From: Monocercomonoides exilis PA203
Lineage: Eukaryota > Protista > Preaxostyla
Length of the DNA: 64,000 bases
Reading direction: 5' to 3'
Assembly (NCBI GenBank): GCA_001643675.2
Contig: LSRY02000019.1
Location: forward strand, 310,001-374,000
In this document: positions 1 to 14,500 of the stretch, in pieces
Position numbering within the stretch: position 1 is the first letter of the stretch
Layout: each line of letters opens with the position of its first letter
Program-made: the position numbers and the translations under genes
Notes under the pieces: model-generated
Database searches by the model: none
The model's input: only the letters and a program-made list of their open reading frames with translations
Told to the model about the DNA's origin: nothing

Positions 1-336
1 AAAATGAATTAAAAAAAAAATAAAAAAATCGAAAATACAAACTTTTTGATTTGCAGCAAGTTCTCATAATAAAAAATACAAATTAAAAAAAGTAAGATAA
101 CAAAATAGTAATTTAAAACATACACCATTAATAAAGTTTTAGCAGGAAAAATTATAAAATTGATCTAAAACCGTCATTTATAACAAAAGTCCATCGAAGT
201 ATATTACATCGATCATTAATTAAAATATTTGTTTTAAAATGGCTGGGAATCCAGTGTGTAAATTCCAGTTTTCGAGCTTATTATTCTTATTTTTTAAAAT
301 TGTATTAAATTGAAACGAAAACATGCTTCATAATCG

Positions 337-2001
337 ATGCAAACACTTGACAACTATTTTGTTCAGAGTTAGCTTTCATTTTTTTATTAAAACATTAAAT
401 AACATTTATACAAATTTGCACATTTAAATTCTATTATAACGCATTCGTATTTTCGGTTGTAACTGCATTTAGCCGTCGAATACTCAGCATCTGAAAGTTT
501 AGAACAATTGATGAGAGAATCAAATATGCTTCGTGAATCAGGTATTAATTTTGCTTATATAAAATATTCATTAACCAGTTATTGATATATTCATTGAACA
601 ACGTCTTATGCACACTCAGGTCTAAAAGATACTCGAACGAATTCTGCTCGTGCAAATCCAAGCCCTTCAAGATTTCAAACAACGCCAATGCAAGCTGGAC
701 CATTTCAGCAACCTCAATCATCATCTCTTCGTCAGACAACAGGATATGGACAATCATTTTTATCATCTACAACTCCTCTTCCACTTTCATCAACTGCTCC
801 TTCATCAAGCAGTTCAATTGTAATGTGTGACAGTTGCCCTCCTGAATCTCCAAATCAGGCAGTCTATTTCTGTAAACAATGCAGAGGTGTGGGAATTATT
901 TATGAATCATTTTAATACAATTTGTCTATTTCTTTGTTGACCTTAAAAATTTTTTTAAAAGGAAATTTTTGTGAAAATTGCGAAGCGCAATTTCATCCAT
1001 CTCATAACGCTTTGATGAGTAGGCATGTCCGTTTGCCAATAGACTCGTCTCGCTCAGCATTATTTTGTCCAGAACACCCAGAGGAAGAGCTTTCATACTA
1101 TTGCTTAAGCTGCGAAGGCACGTGCATATGCTCTGAATGTGCAATCCGTGGGGCGCACAAAGGTCATGATGTGCAAACAATTAGAAAGAGTTACGGGGAG
1201 ATCAGGAAGCGTATGAACGAGATTGTATCTGCACTTGCGATGAGGCAAGAGGCAGTTAAGAAGATTCTTATGCAGATTGAAGCACATGAACAAGAAATTG
1301 CTGATAACACACGATCCATAAAAGAGTCAATGGCACTTTCATTTAATGAGCTGAGAGAGAAGATAAGAAAGAAGGAATTAGAGTTTATGGCTACAGCAGA
1401 CAAGTTCCAAGAAGAGCAGATTGCAGAATTATCTTCATTCATATCATATGCACAGACAAAGCAGAATGAGATAACAGGAGCAATTTCTCAGATGAAAGGA
1501 GCTAGCGAAAGCTCAGATGAAATAGGACTTCTTAACTTTTATGGAACGCACAAGCAAGTTGCAACAGATCTTCTGAAAGACACACCAATTGATGTGAGGC
1601 TTCCAGAAGTGGCCAGCAGACGATGCTATTTGGATATGGAAAGCGCAAACAAGCAATTAGAGGGACTTTCTGCATTGCATTTGGCAGTAGCTTCGGTTCA
1701 GGCAACATACACACAAGGAATAGAAGGAGCACCTGGAATGCTTCCAGGTGCAGAAACTGGAGCGCCAATGTCGATGTCACTTGGAGACGGAGAAAGTGGA
1801 ACAGAAAGAGAAAGAGGAGCAATGAGAGGGACGCCTTCATCGGCGAGGCAGATGGGGCAGTCTTCTCAAATCGGCATGGGTGGTTATTATGGATCACAAG
1901 GGATGGAGAGCGGAGGAATGGAAGGGAGAGAGAGGATGGGAGGAGGATCAAGCAGGAGAAGCAGAGAAGCAGAAGGAACGGGAAGAAAGAAGAGATTATA
2001 A
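337..2001 (+). CDS. Double B-box zinc finger / coiled-coil (TRIM-like, no RING seen) protein; inferred exons 337-367, 473-541, 620-886, 962-2001
   Basis: Splicing intron 887-961 joins CDSC..CKQCR|GNFCENCEAQFH..H (B-box 1). This is followed by CPEH..YCLSC..CICSECAIRGAHKGH (B-box 2) and a long heptad region. The start is uncertain: ATG337 or ATG239 both give an open frame. Confidence 0.8.
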
Positions 2002-2530
2002 TTGTAAAAAAACCAAAAAAAAAAATCACTTCATAAAAATGAAAAATCTCTTTTTCAATCATTTGTCTCCCAAAGCATTAACAACTTCTTTTAACTGATT
2101 CTATTCAAAAACCCTCTGCAATTTATGAATCTTCATTATTCTATTATCTGTTTTTATCTTTCTTATTGTTTATCTACTTCCTGACAACATAAAATATGTT
2201 TTAATTTTATACATTTCAATTGCTTTACTTTGTTTATTTGGAAAATACTGCATTTTCCTAATATTATTTTCTTTTTTCCAACTGAAAACAATAAGAAGAA
2301 GAAGTTAAAAAAAAGACCAACTCAGAGAACATACAAAAATTACTATACTGAAACTATTTAACAACAACATATCAAAACATTAACTTAAAAAAATAAAATT
2401 TACACAAACAAGTTTCAAAACAATGGTTTTGAACAAAAAATGTAAGTATTTTTTTTTATATTTTTTTTACTTTTTTTTTTCAATTGAGAAAATGTTCCCG
2501 AAAGCAATCACAATCAGAATATGAAATTTA

Positions 2531-5500
2531 TTACTTCTCAGAATTATGAATACTCTTTGCGAACATTTCATCTTTTTCTTTCACTCCCTCTTCGATGCAG
2601 TATCGAAGAGTGCTCACAAAACGCATTGAATCCTCCACAGAACGGAATCTGTACACTACCCTTATAACTTTCAGCTTGTTATCGTTTCTGCGAAGATAAC
2701 GCAGCGCAACAGACAATTCATCATCTGCCACTCCAATGGCACTAACATGGTAACAAAGCACTGAAGGCACATTGTCCGGTGACAAAGAAGATGAGCTTGA
2801 AGAACTTGCAGACAAAGAGGAAGACAATAATTTTGGATAAATTGCTTTTGAGCTGCTTTGTGAAGAACTTTTTTCAATCATCTTTCTGCGCCTGTACCAC
2901 AGCTCGAAGTCAACAAAAGAATTTAAGCTTGTCATTGAATTGAGGTCAACAAAATTGGAGCTGGAACCACAGCCCCAGTTTTCCTCTTGAGGGAAGAACT
3001 CAAACAGATTTGCCCGGGAAACAGCAACAATACGCTGATCATACTCCCCGCCCTCGTCTTTCTTATCGCAGAAGCACCACATGAGAATACGATCAGCCAA
3101 AGAGCAAGGGCGCAGCAGGAATTTGGCAGAGAGCTCTTCCGAATTGCGCACATGAGCAGGCGCAGTGGCCAGCCGGCATTCTGTTGCGATTGAGTTCTCG
3201 CGGAGAATAGCAAATGGGCAGCATGGCACCATCTGCGACGACAATTGAAGCAAAGAATCGTACAAAGTTGCCATTGCAGATACTCTTTTGCTTCCAAAGT
3301 GAACGAAATCATTGTTAGGTGTGCTGATTTCAAAGCCAACATGCGACAAGCTTTCATCAAATACCACACTTCGTATCTTCTCATAAGGGAAAAAGTGCTG
3401 CAGCGCCATTTTCTCTCCGTCCAGATAGAGCGACTCACTGATCAGTGACGAAATACTGCTTGGCCCTTCAAGCCCGTTTGCGTTCTGCTTCCCGCTGCAG
3501 CTGTACGCTCTCTCTAAAAGAACCAATTTCAGAACAGGACTCAGCGAAGGGACAAGAGGAAGCATAGAAGCAGCAGGTTTTTCGAAGCATGAATCCGACT
3601 GAGAACGAACTAAATCTTCTGCATTGTTCATTTCTATCTGGAGGATACTTTCATTTTCTATGCTCCTTTCGAACTGATTAACAGCTCCTCCTCCTCCAAA
3701 GATGCCTCCGTAATTGCCCATTCCGTCAATCCCTTCGTCAGACAAAGACATATCCAGTAAGATTCCACTGGCGTTATCTTTGTCGTATCCGTCGTTTTCT
3801 TCTGCATCTTTCGGTCTCTTCATTTTCTTCAGCACAAACTCCTTAGAACCAATTTTCTGCGGGCTTAAATCCTCCTTCGATAATACTTCTGCCTTTGATG
3901 ACTGGAGAATCATAGAAATTCCCTTGTCTCTTATTTTGGATTCTTCCAGATTGGACAGCGAAAAGAAGAATATGCCCCGTGTGGTAACGATGAGCATCCC
4001 ACTGTTGTTTCCTGTTGAAGAATAGATCGATCCAAAAGCTGTCGACAAAATGTGGCTTTTTGCAAGTTTATTAAGTCCAATTGGAGGCTCTCTGAATGCA
4101 TAGAATGGGTCTGTGTACCTGAAGTGCTTGCTGGCCACGCTATTATGATCTTCTTTATTTATGAACACTGCAGAACTTGCACTGTGATCAGCATCAGATT
4201 CTTCGAAGTTGCTGCTTGAAGATGAAGAAGACGATGACGCGTTTGCTCTGGCAGAAGATTTCGAACCAAAGAAACCAGATCTTTGCGGAGGTGGCTGTGA
4301 CGATGGATGTGCATGACGTAAATATTGTATGAGATGATCTTCAGCAGCTGGTATAGTGATTCCATCAAGGAATGATGGATGGATTGAGACTGGGAATAAG
4401 AACTATAATTGTTGAAATACCAATGAAAGAAAAACAAAATAAAAACAAATACATATTTGATGAATTATAATTTGGAAATTAATGCAAAGAATAAAGTTAA
4501 TAAAGATACAAACCTTTGTTCTTTCGATATACAGAAGTACAGAATAACGCAACTCCGGAACAGTAATCATCCACTCACCAAGTGTCTGCTTGATGTATTG
4601 AATCTGAGTGACAAATGCTTTCCTCTCATCGTTTTTGAACTTGTCTCTCTCTGAGCGAACGGCAATGGCCGACTGTGTTTGGTAAGACGCAGAGTTCGCT
4701 AATTTGCAGTCTCCACGATTTTCTTCCTTTTCAAAATCGAATTCCGGGGTTGCAGATGATGCCCATTCCTGATTGGCCAGTCTGAGATGCCCATGGAAAA
4801 GCAGGCGTACCAAAAGGTGGATTGTGGAAAGAGGAATCAGATGAAGACAGACCGACTCGCGAAATGCAGAAGCAGATGACATAATGCTGGCTGAAGAGAA
4901 TGACGATGCTGACGCGAGAAAATGGAAAAGAGGAAGAATATTGCTTTTTGGTGCATGTTGGGAATTAGCTTCTGAAAGATCAGCTGTTTCTGGGGCAGAT
5001 TCAGTTGCAATTGTTTCAGAGTCAGAGTCAGAATCAGGATCAGAAGCAGGAACAGGTGAAGAAGCCTGCTCCATTTGAGTGCTTGATTCGGAATCAGGCT
5101 GATGTTGAGAGGTTTGTTCAGTGCTGCTAGTTGTGCTTGAGCTTTTCGCAGAGTACATGTTTGAAAATGCAGTCAAGGCTTTAAATTCGTGTTGCTCTTC
5201 ATTTTTAGGTGATGCTTTTGCTTCTTTGCTTTTGCCTTTGTACTTTGCTGATGAAGCATTTGAATCTTGATGGTCGATATCTTCTTCATCAAAAGGAAGC
5301 GAATGAACAACTCTTGCAAAGCGACGATGATGCGATAACTGGGATTTTGATTGGGAAGATGAGGAGGATTCATTTTGTTTATTAACCATATCATTGTGCA
5401 AAGTGACCGATTCGTCAAACATCGAAGACAAAGAGTTCGGATCTTCAAAAGTTAATATTGGTAGAGTTGTAATAACATTCATCATTGCTTTAAGAAGCAG

Positions 5501-8500
5501 AACAACTCCTTCAACAATTGATTCAAGCGCGCCTTCACAGAGAAGAGAAAGCTGGGCAGCCAATGTGTTCTTGTTAAGCACGAATGAGAAGGGGCCTTTC
5601 AATGAAGAGCACACAGATGAAGATGAAGACGCAGATCCAGAAAGAGAAGAAGAAGAAGATATCGCACGAGAAGCAAAAGAACTCGGATCGAAATAAGGTG
5701 ACCATACGAAATCAGCGCGTTTTGTGAAGAAAGTCCGTTGCGGGAGTGTTTGCGATTCCAGCTGCGAAATAAACGGGAGTGCAGAATGGGCATTCAAAGA
5801 GGAAGTGACAGATTTCATTCGAGCTTTTGTGTCTGAATTGGCATAGCGATAAGAGAACGAAATGAGCTTGGATGCTTCGACACTGTAAAATGGATGGAAC
5901 TGTCCATCATTCTTCAAACCGTTCTTCATACTTTCACTTGTATCGTTTTGTGTTGATTCTTTTTCATTTGACAAAGAAGAAGGCCGTGATTCTATTGAAG
6001 CAGATAGTTTGTGATAAGAAAAGAGAACGCTCAGCGATTCGATCAGTGGAGTTAATAGCACGTGAGCGATATGCAGAAGAAACAGCTCATTTCTCAACAA
6101 GACACTTGGAGGACAAATTAAAACTTTTGCTTTATCCTGATTTGATTTCTGGTTAAGCTCATTTTGTTCGTTGGACGTTAAAGAGCTAATTGCTAGCTGC
6201 TCTTCTGAATTGGAGTTATTTTCAGATAATTTCATCAAAGATGATTTCTTTCTCTCCACATTCGTACTGGATTTCGATGATGGCGCTTCCAATTTTCCGA
6301 AATTCAGCTGTTGGAATCGAGATTCTTTGGTTTTGTTGAATTCGCTCAGCCAGTTGATTGGAGTGAACGATTCATCCAAATCATCAAACTGTTCATTTTC
6401 CGGATCCTCAACAATTTCAAAGGGAGCGTCCAATCCATCAGCATCTTCATTTTTCTCTTTGCTCTCTTTCTTTTCTTTCTTTTCTTCCTTTTCTTTTCCA
6501 ATTGTTTCTTTTTCTTTCTTTTTTTCATCTTTTGTGGAAGTCATTTTCTCTTTATTTTCTTTATTCCCTTTATTCTCTTCACTCTTCGATTTCTTCTCTT
6601 CTTTCTTCGATTCTCTTTCTTTACTCGCTTCAGCTTTCTGTTTGCTTCTCTTCTCTGATAAAGCAGCACTCACATCAGTCTTATTCGGTCGTTTAATGAA
6701 AAGCACCTGTTCATCAGAGATCTCCTTTTCTTCCCGTTCACGCAGCTCCACCGAAGTCAACGGAAGCAGAACAGACAGAATAGTCAGAACACGACATCCA
6801 ATTCCACATCCAACAGAAGAAGACAAAGTGGTTCCAAAAGACAATTCATTCGAATACAGTTGATGAGATTTGAATAGTTTTTCATTCCCTCCACTCATCC
6901 CATCACTCGATGATGAATTCTGATTCTGGTTATAAGAAGCTCCAAGTTGCTGTTTCAGGTTAGTTGCAGAAAGTCCAAACCAATGTGCGGAGACTGTATT
7001 CAACAAGATTAGGAAGAACTGTGGTGTTCTGAGTGTCTGCCTAAGTTTGTGCTTCATTGAATTGGGCGCATACCACAACAGAGAAAGAAGCGTTCGCAGA
7101 GCCAGTTCAGATTGAATGCCAATTGAAGGTTCAAATGAAAGATTATGGCGGAGATCTATATCTGGACAAAGTGACGATTTTGAAGAATGCGCAGATGACA
7201 GTCGGCGGTAAGTGTTCGGACTTCTCAACGGATCAGTTTCTGGTAAGCTGTCGCAACTTGACTGTGAGAACGCTTGAAGCGAACAGATTGAGGAAGAGGA
7301 GGAAGAAGAAGATGATGAGGAAAATGAAATTGGAGAAACAGCCAATGAAGGTGTTGGCGCTTCAGAGAAGTAATCATCAGGAAAAGCAGGAGAGAGAGGA
7401 ACGGGAGACGGAGAAGGCATAAAACTAACAGTCGAATCTGAGCGGCTGATGAATGAAGCAAAAGAAGGCGAAGAAAGTGTGGATATTTGCAAAGAAGTTG
7501 GAGGACGAGGATGAGGATTAAAGACAAATGAATGTTGTGGTGTTGATGAACTCTGCTCATAAGGCATGCGAATGTCAAACGACATTGTATGGGTTCTGGA
7601 TGCAGAGCTTGCAACAGATGCTCCTTTTGTCGAAGAGTTTGACCGAGAAAGCACAAACGGAGAAGAAAAGAAAGAGCATTTGGACGAGAACCCACTGCGT
7701 GAATTTAAAATTGAACTTTGTTTTTGTGTTTGTCTCTGTGAGTTCCATTCATTCCGCCCTCCATTTTGCATTGCACGCTTTGCCTGGTTTGGCTTTATGA
7801 ATCCAGTGCTGATTCCAGAGAACGCACTTCCCATCTCTCCACTCTTCTGCCCCGAATTGGCTGTGGATGGGAATGCTGTTGAAGGACGAGGGATGAACTT
7901 GTGCTGCGCCAGCGGAGGAGTCGAGGAATTGATAGGCCTTCTTTGAGATTGAGAAGACAATGAAGAAGTTGCACTTCGAGAAACTGGTGATGCAAGTGGC
8001 TGTAATGCAGTTGGTTTTTTGATTGGTGGCTGATTGGGCGAATTTGGCAGAGGGAAAGATGGAGAGTTGTTCAAAAGCGCAGAGTAGCGATAGCTTGACG
8101 GAGGCGATGGCGCTGGAGTCTTTGATCTGGGTGCCAAATAAGGTTGAGAATTGAATTGTCTGTGGATCGAGCCTGAAGGCATATTTGCTGCAGAAATGCT
8201 ATCTGTTGAGCGCGCTGCTGATGAAGACAGCGGCAACCTTTTGTCAGTGTCAGTTTTATCCATTTTCTGCGGTGTTGTCAAGCTAGTTGCTGATAGCTTT
8301 GTTCGTTTTATCGCAGGAATTGTCTGCGAGGACGGCTCAAAACGAAACTCGTAAAAACACGACGACTCAGTCTCAAAATCGTCAAACACATCAAATGATT
8401 CCTGAAGAAGAAGAGAATGTGACGTTTTCTTGTCTTCCTTTTCCAGTCGCTTAATCTCCGCGTCCAGCTGCTTCTTCTTTTCCTCTTTCTCTTTCCTTCT

Positions 8501-11500
8501 CGCTGCTGCTTCCTTTTTCTCCTTCCGCGAGAGTTTTTCAGCGTCTTCTGCAGAATTCTCATCTTCCTGAAGCGATTTGCGCACTTTCAAACACTCATCC
8601 AAGGCAACTTCTCTTCGCAGCTCAAGCTTTTTGCGCTGGGCAAAAGAAATGCGCCTTTTGAACTCTGCAGCCACTGCCATCTCTCTCCAGGCTTCCCAGA
8701 ACGAGAGCAAAAATGGAGTCACTGCATCGGAAGAAGGAATACCACACTCTTCGAACACATTGCGAGGTGTTTGTGAATATAACGAGAGTGTTGTTGAAAT
8801 ATCGAATCTGGAAGAAGAAGATGATGATGAAGCACTTTCTGATTCATTTTGAGCATTCAAAGCGCTTCTTTCTGATGAAGGTGGAGTGATCGCATAGAAC
8901 CTGTCATAGTCGTTGAATCGCTTTGCTTTTGCGAAAGAGAAACAAAGCTGGATTTGCAGAGCATCCTTGTTGATACCGGGATGAGTAAATTTCAGGCTGT
9001 TCTTTTTTTCTAGCAAACCTTCGACATCTTGAAATACATCATCGCTAAAGAAAACAATCGGAGCGTCGAGCTCTTCTTTCCTCCTTTTTTCATCTGCTTC
9101 CCAAATGCGATTGCTTTCCTTCCAATTCTTCCTTCGCGTCTCCAGCGCAATTGTAGTTCCATTCTGATAATCTTCCAAAGCCGAGTCCTTCGACAGATGC
9201 CTCAATTCTTCTTCTTCTTCACTTACAATCTCTTCGGAAAGGAGAAGATGCTGCAGCTGCTTGTGGTACAAATTCGTATAGAATGCCAGAAAGCGCACGA
9301 TCAAGCTGACTCCGTTGAGAGAAAGAAAAGAAAGTGATGGATGAGAAAATATCGGAGTTGGAGAAAGAAGGGATGAAGGCATTTCGTAGCGAATTGGAGC
9401 GTTTGAGCGGGCCTGCTGCCCATATTCTGCAGGCGAAAACCGATTCAATCGCTCAGATGTTGCCAAAGACGGAGAAGATATCCGCGAGAAGGAAAGACTT
9501 CGCATATGACTTGACTGCCTCATGCCGCCTGAAGCAGCATTTTGCATGCCCTTCACACGAGGATCAGACATCATATCCAAAATGGTCGTGACTGGCGTCT
9601 CTTGCCGTGGCATCGCTTTGTATGTTGGACCCAAAATGCCAAAGGAAGACAACAGCAGCATCGACTCTGAAGCTTTGAGAGCTTGTTGCTTTTGAATAGC
9701 TGAAGAAGGCAGAACAAGAGATCCTTTGGTTGCCACTTGCTCATATGAAAAGTTGCCAATCCAGCGCTGCCGCCAGTTGAAGTTGCGGATGGAGCGTTCT
9801 TCACGCTTTTGCTGAGAGTATCTGACAATAATAGGCAGCGAGCTGTTGCTGCCAAACGAGGAAGAATAAACGCGAGATGGCAGCAGTTCGCTGGAAGAGA
9901 ACGAAGGGAAAAGAGGCTTTTCTGGATCTCCCTCCAAAATGTAAGCGACGCGGCGGAGGAGACGCAGAGATAGTGCAGACGAAGGAGGCACGTATGCAAA
10001 TGCAGACAGCACATTCATCATCTCCAAGCCGACGCACGTCTCCTCAAAGCAGAACTGCGAGCTGCCTCCGTTTGCTGCCTCGTTGACTGCCAGCTGGGCG
10101 ACAACGTCTGTGTGCTGTGACATTCCCAGCGTGGAGCTGCTGAGGATGCTCTTTTCGAGCGACGTGAGGAAGTCGAAGGAAGCTGACCAGATTGACACGT
10201 TCTGCCTCAGAGGAAGCGGGCCAGCCGGGTAGAATGGGCAGGAGCTGGTGAAAGTGATGGGGGAAGAAGAAAGAGGCAGATTGAAAAGCTTTTGAATTAC
10301 GGGGATAAGCGAAGAGGCTTCCACAGAATGGGATTTGTTGTATGGCGTAAGGGAAGTGTTGTTTGATTGATGAGTCCGAGTTGTGGATATATTAGAAGCA
10401 CAATCATCATCTTTATAATCGACTGTGGAATCATTCGAATTTTCTCTTTCACCTCGTCTTCTTGCGTTGATTTCCATTGCAGACAGAACAAGAGGCACAG
10501 CATCCTTCAGAGAGGAGATGATATCATTCAGAGGAGCAAGAGAACTAGAAGATGCAGATCTCTTCGAATTCCCAGGAGCAATAAGAGATGAGAACGGAAG
10601 CTCTTGGTTGTTGTGCTTATCTGATTGCCCAGAAGTCGTTTCACTCGAAATCGGCTGACTTGGCGAAAAAGTATGTGCAGATGATTTTGCTACAAGCACT
10701 TTGTGAATAAGACTCAATGCGCTATCATCGCTACGTGAATCATGTGAATACAACTTTCTAGAAGGAGACTGTGGAAGCAGGCTGAAATCAACAGAAGCTA
10801 TTCGAGTGAGCAGATGAATACAGAGGACAACAATACCATCTGCACGATAGACAAAGGAAGGAAGGAGGAATAAAGGCAGAGAAGCAGAAAGAGAAAGAGA
10901 GGAAGTGGAACAAGATGCTGCTCCCTTTTCTTTCAAGGGAGATTTTGGAATGGATTGAGATGTGCTTGAAGGAGACTGCAAAGTATTATTTGCAGCAACA
11001 ATCTGTGAATCACTTGAAGATTCATTTGCCTCATGTGATGCTTGCTCTTCATTGGCTGTTGACTGAGTTTCTGAAATTTTCTGCCTTTTGTCTTCTTTTC
11101 CTTTGGCTTCAGTTTCATTTTCTTCTCTTTCTTCTTCGCTTCCTTCATCTGATTCATCATCTGTATTTTCATCATCTTTATTCTTCTTTCCACCGAGAAA
11201 CGAAAACATGCCCCCGATGGCTGATGTTAACTTAGCTGCTTTGTTTGCCACTGCTGATAACGCATCGGTTGTTAAATCAGCAATCCCCCCAATCATATTC
11301 TGCATTGCAAGAACAAGATGCTTTCCTGTCGATCCTTTATCTGTCTCTTCTTCTTCCTCTTCCTCTTCAGCCTCATCGTCGCTGTCATCATCCAGCTGAT
11401 TCAGTCTGTCTCGCTCTTCCATCACAGCTCTCTTCCTTTTTCTGAGTTCTTGTTCAACCAACTGCCGATGGAACATCCACATTGCAGCAGGGTTTGAAGG

Positions 11501-14500
11501 AGGCGACTGAGCAGGTGTTGAGCGGAACAAATTGAGGAGAGAAAGCGAAGAAGAGAGAAGAGTGATAAACAGATAGGCAGAACGCACTTGCATGTCGATT
11601 GTGGAGAATGTGGTGAGAAGATCAGAAATTGTCGAATGGAGCGGATAAAATAGCACAGAATGGAAACAGGATGAAGAAAACATGAAGTTCAACGTGGGAG
11701 TCAACGGCGCTCCAGTCCGGTTGTAATAAGAGGACGACGACGATTGTGATGACAAAGTTGAATGCTGAACAGATGAACTGGGATCAACAGACACCAAAGA
11801 TGTTTGAAGAGACCGATTCGCATTTGAAGCCTGCGATGCACCAATTGGCATAAATGAAGACACAGATGATGGCACGATGATGTCTGGTGATGGGATGCTA
11901 ATCAATGGCTGTGCAATTTTCTCGCTTTGTGTCTGATTTTCTGTTTGTGCTGTTGACTTTGCTGACTTCTCTTTCGAAGTGCTCTGAACAGACGGCGAAA
12001 CCATCGATGCACAGCCTGAAGTCATTGAGCGTTTGCACTCCTCCAGATATAAACTGTCCCAGTGTGAAATTCGCCCTCTGAGTGTAAGGCTCATTGGCAG
12101 CGCGGAGAACGACAAGAGTGGCGTGAGTGTTGGCGGAGCAAAGAGTAGATGACAAAGAGTGGGAAGAGCAAGCTCAATGCAGAACGAATGGAGATCTTTG
12201 TGAGGAAGCGTAGAGAATAAGAGAGTGTAGCAGCATCGCACAAAGGAAGAGCCGAACATTAGAAGAAGCAGAGAAGAAGTAGAGGATGAGGAAGGCGGCT
12301 CAAGCGAAGGAATATCTGAGAGGAAAGAGAGGGAGAATGGAGAAGCCTTTTTGGTTGTCTCTGACACAGGTGGTGGAGCAAGCAGTGAAAAAGCAGGAGT
12401 TGCCGATGGATTCAGCTGATAAGTTTTCTCTTTTTGTGAGCTTTCTTCGTTTTCCTCTTTCTTTTTCTCCTTCCCCACACCCAGCAGTTGTTCTGCAAAG
12501 ACAAAGAAATGGATGCAATCAACTGGATTGTCCATGAAAAGGCGTGTGAGAGTCGTGGCGACTGCTCTTGTGGACTCAGCAGCAGTCAAAAGTGTCGTGA
12601 GGATGCAAAGAGAAGCAGACACAAGCGGAATGAGCTGTGAAGACGGAGAGGAATCAAAGTAAAACGAGGAGTCGAGTTCAGGTGTAGCATGCAATTGCGC
12701 TTGGAAGGACGAAATCATTGCGCACGAAGCAGTTCTGGATGGAGTCTCGTTTTGAAAAGCTGCAAAATGAAGGCAAACAATTGGAAGGACAGCACGAACA
12801 AGGCGATCGTTGAGAAAGACAGAGCTGAAAAGTGAGCTTCTGTGAGCAGTGTGTGAAAGAGAGAAAGGATTGGGTTGCACTCGTGAAGATGAATCAGTGG
12901 TGGAAGGAGGAGGAGAAGGAGGAGAAGGAGGAGGAGGTGAAATGACTGCATAACCATTAAGAAGGGGAGATGTTGAAAGTGCAGTTTGAATCGAAGAAGA
13001 AGAAGAAGAAGAAGATGGTGAAAAGTGTGGAACCGGGGGCTGTTGAACAGGCGCAGATGAGTTTGATGCTGATGAAGAGGAGTGCTTGCTCGATGGCAGT
13101 TTTGGAACTGAAGCAGATGGTGACTGTTGTACGCCTTCTGTTTCAAGTCCATTCGATTGTTCGCTGATGGCATTGTAGTTGTCAGAATGTGTTGAAAATG
13201 ACTCTGAATTTTTAGTTGTCAAGCCATTTGACTTGTCTCTCTGATATTTCATCAGAGCATTCAGCAGCTCGCAAATGATGGAATATGAATTTGTGATGAT
13301 TGGAGTGGTGAGCGCATGGAGAATACAGTCCTTTTCTGAATAACTCGTTTCAGTATTTGCAGTCGACGAGACTCCGCTGAAGGCTTTGTTGATTATCTTC
13401 TTGCTTTGCCTGTCCGTTTGCGTTGCTTCGAGAAGAGACAGAAGCCTTAACTCCAAACTGGAGTCGAGGAAGCATGAAGCGATTGAAGGGACTGAGAAAA
13501 GCGACGAAGTAATTGCGAGCATCACCGAGGTGATTGGAAGGAGGAGAATACAATCGCAATGGGTGAGGTCATACGGAGCATGCAAAGGAAAGAGCTCTAT
13601 GAGCTGCAGAACAGAAACATGGCTGATGGAGCAGCAGTTTTCGAGCATCTCAGACAAGTGGTGAAGAATTAGTGATGTCGGGAAGAGTATTCCAGGCTGA
13701 ATAGTTTTGTTGTGTGTACTGGAAGAACAAGAAGCTGAAGAAGTAGCTGAAGAAGTGGCTGCAGAGGAATGTGTCATTGATGATGAAAGCGAAGCAAACG
13801 GAATTAATTCTTTATCTGATATGTCAAACTCATCTGTCTGGTTCATAAGCACAACCGTGTGCAAGAATGAAGGCTGCTGCATCAAGTGAGACAGGAACAG
13901 CATCGCAACCAGGTTTTCCTCGCTGGTGAGGGCAGCAGGAGGGAAGTGGTAGTCCGGATCGCCGGTGGAGTTGAGCTTGCTGCTCTGTCGTAGCACATCC
14001 GATGCATTTTTCTGGTGCAGCGCCGAAAGCGCACTGGAACGCTCTTTCTGCTCCTGAATGTTCTGTTTATCGGGTTCGGGTGTTTGTGGCTTGTCGGAGG
14101 AATTAGAGGAATGAGAGGAGTCAGAAGAGCCTGTTGGATCTGAAGCAGAAGAAGATGAGCTGATTGAAGCGTCAGTTGGTAAGCGATTCTCTTCTTGTCC
14201 TGTTTCATTTGCTTCGTTTGCTTCGCTGGAATTTGGCGCTGATTGTTGTGCATTGTCTGATTCAGAAGAAAGAACAGTCGGTGCTTCTTCTTCAGATTCT
14301 GCAGAATTCTGATTTTCATTGTTGCTCGCACTCAAAGAGGAAGTTGAAGAAGAAGAAGAAGATGATGATGAACCGCTGTCTTCTGTTGAGTTTGAAGAAG
14401 ATCTATCATTATGCTCTTTTGATTTATTATTTGGATTTTCAGGAGCTGTCTCTGATTCATTCAAAGCAGAGGATGAAGCAGAAGATGAAGGCTTGCCTGT

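Noticed and set aside
239-472. Possible 1-nt micro-exon (TTCAG|A|GTTAGC at 367) in the B-box gene
   Set aside because: It would be in frame from ATG239. However, ATG337 (exon 337-367) or a single 258-472 intron explains the frame without it.
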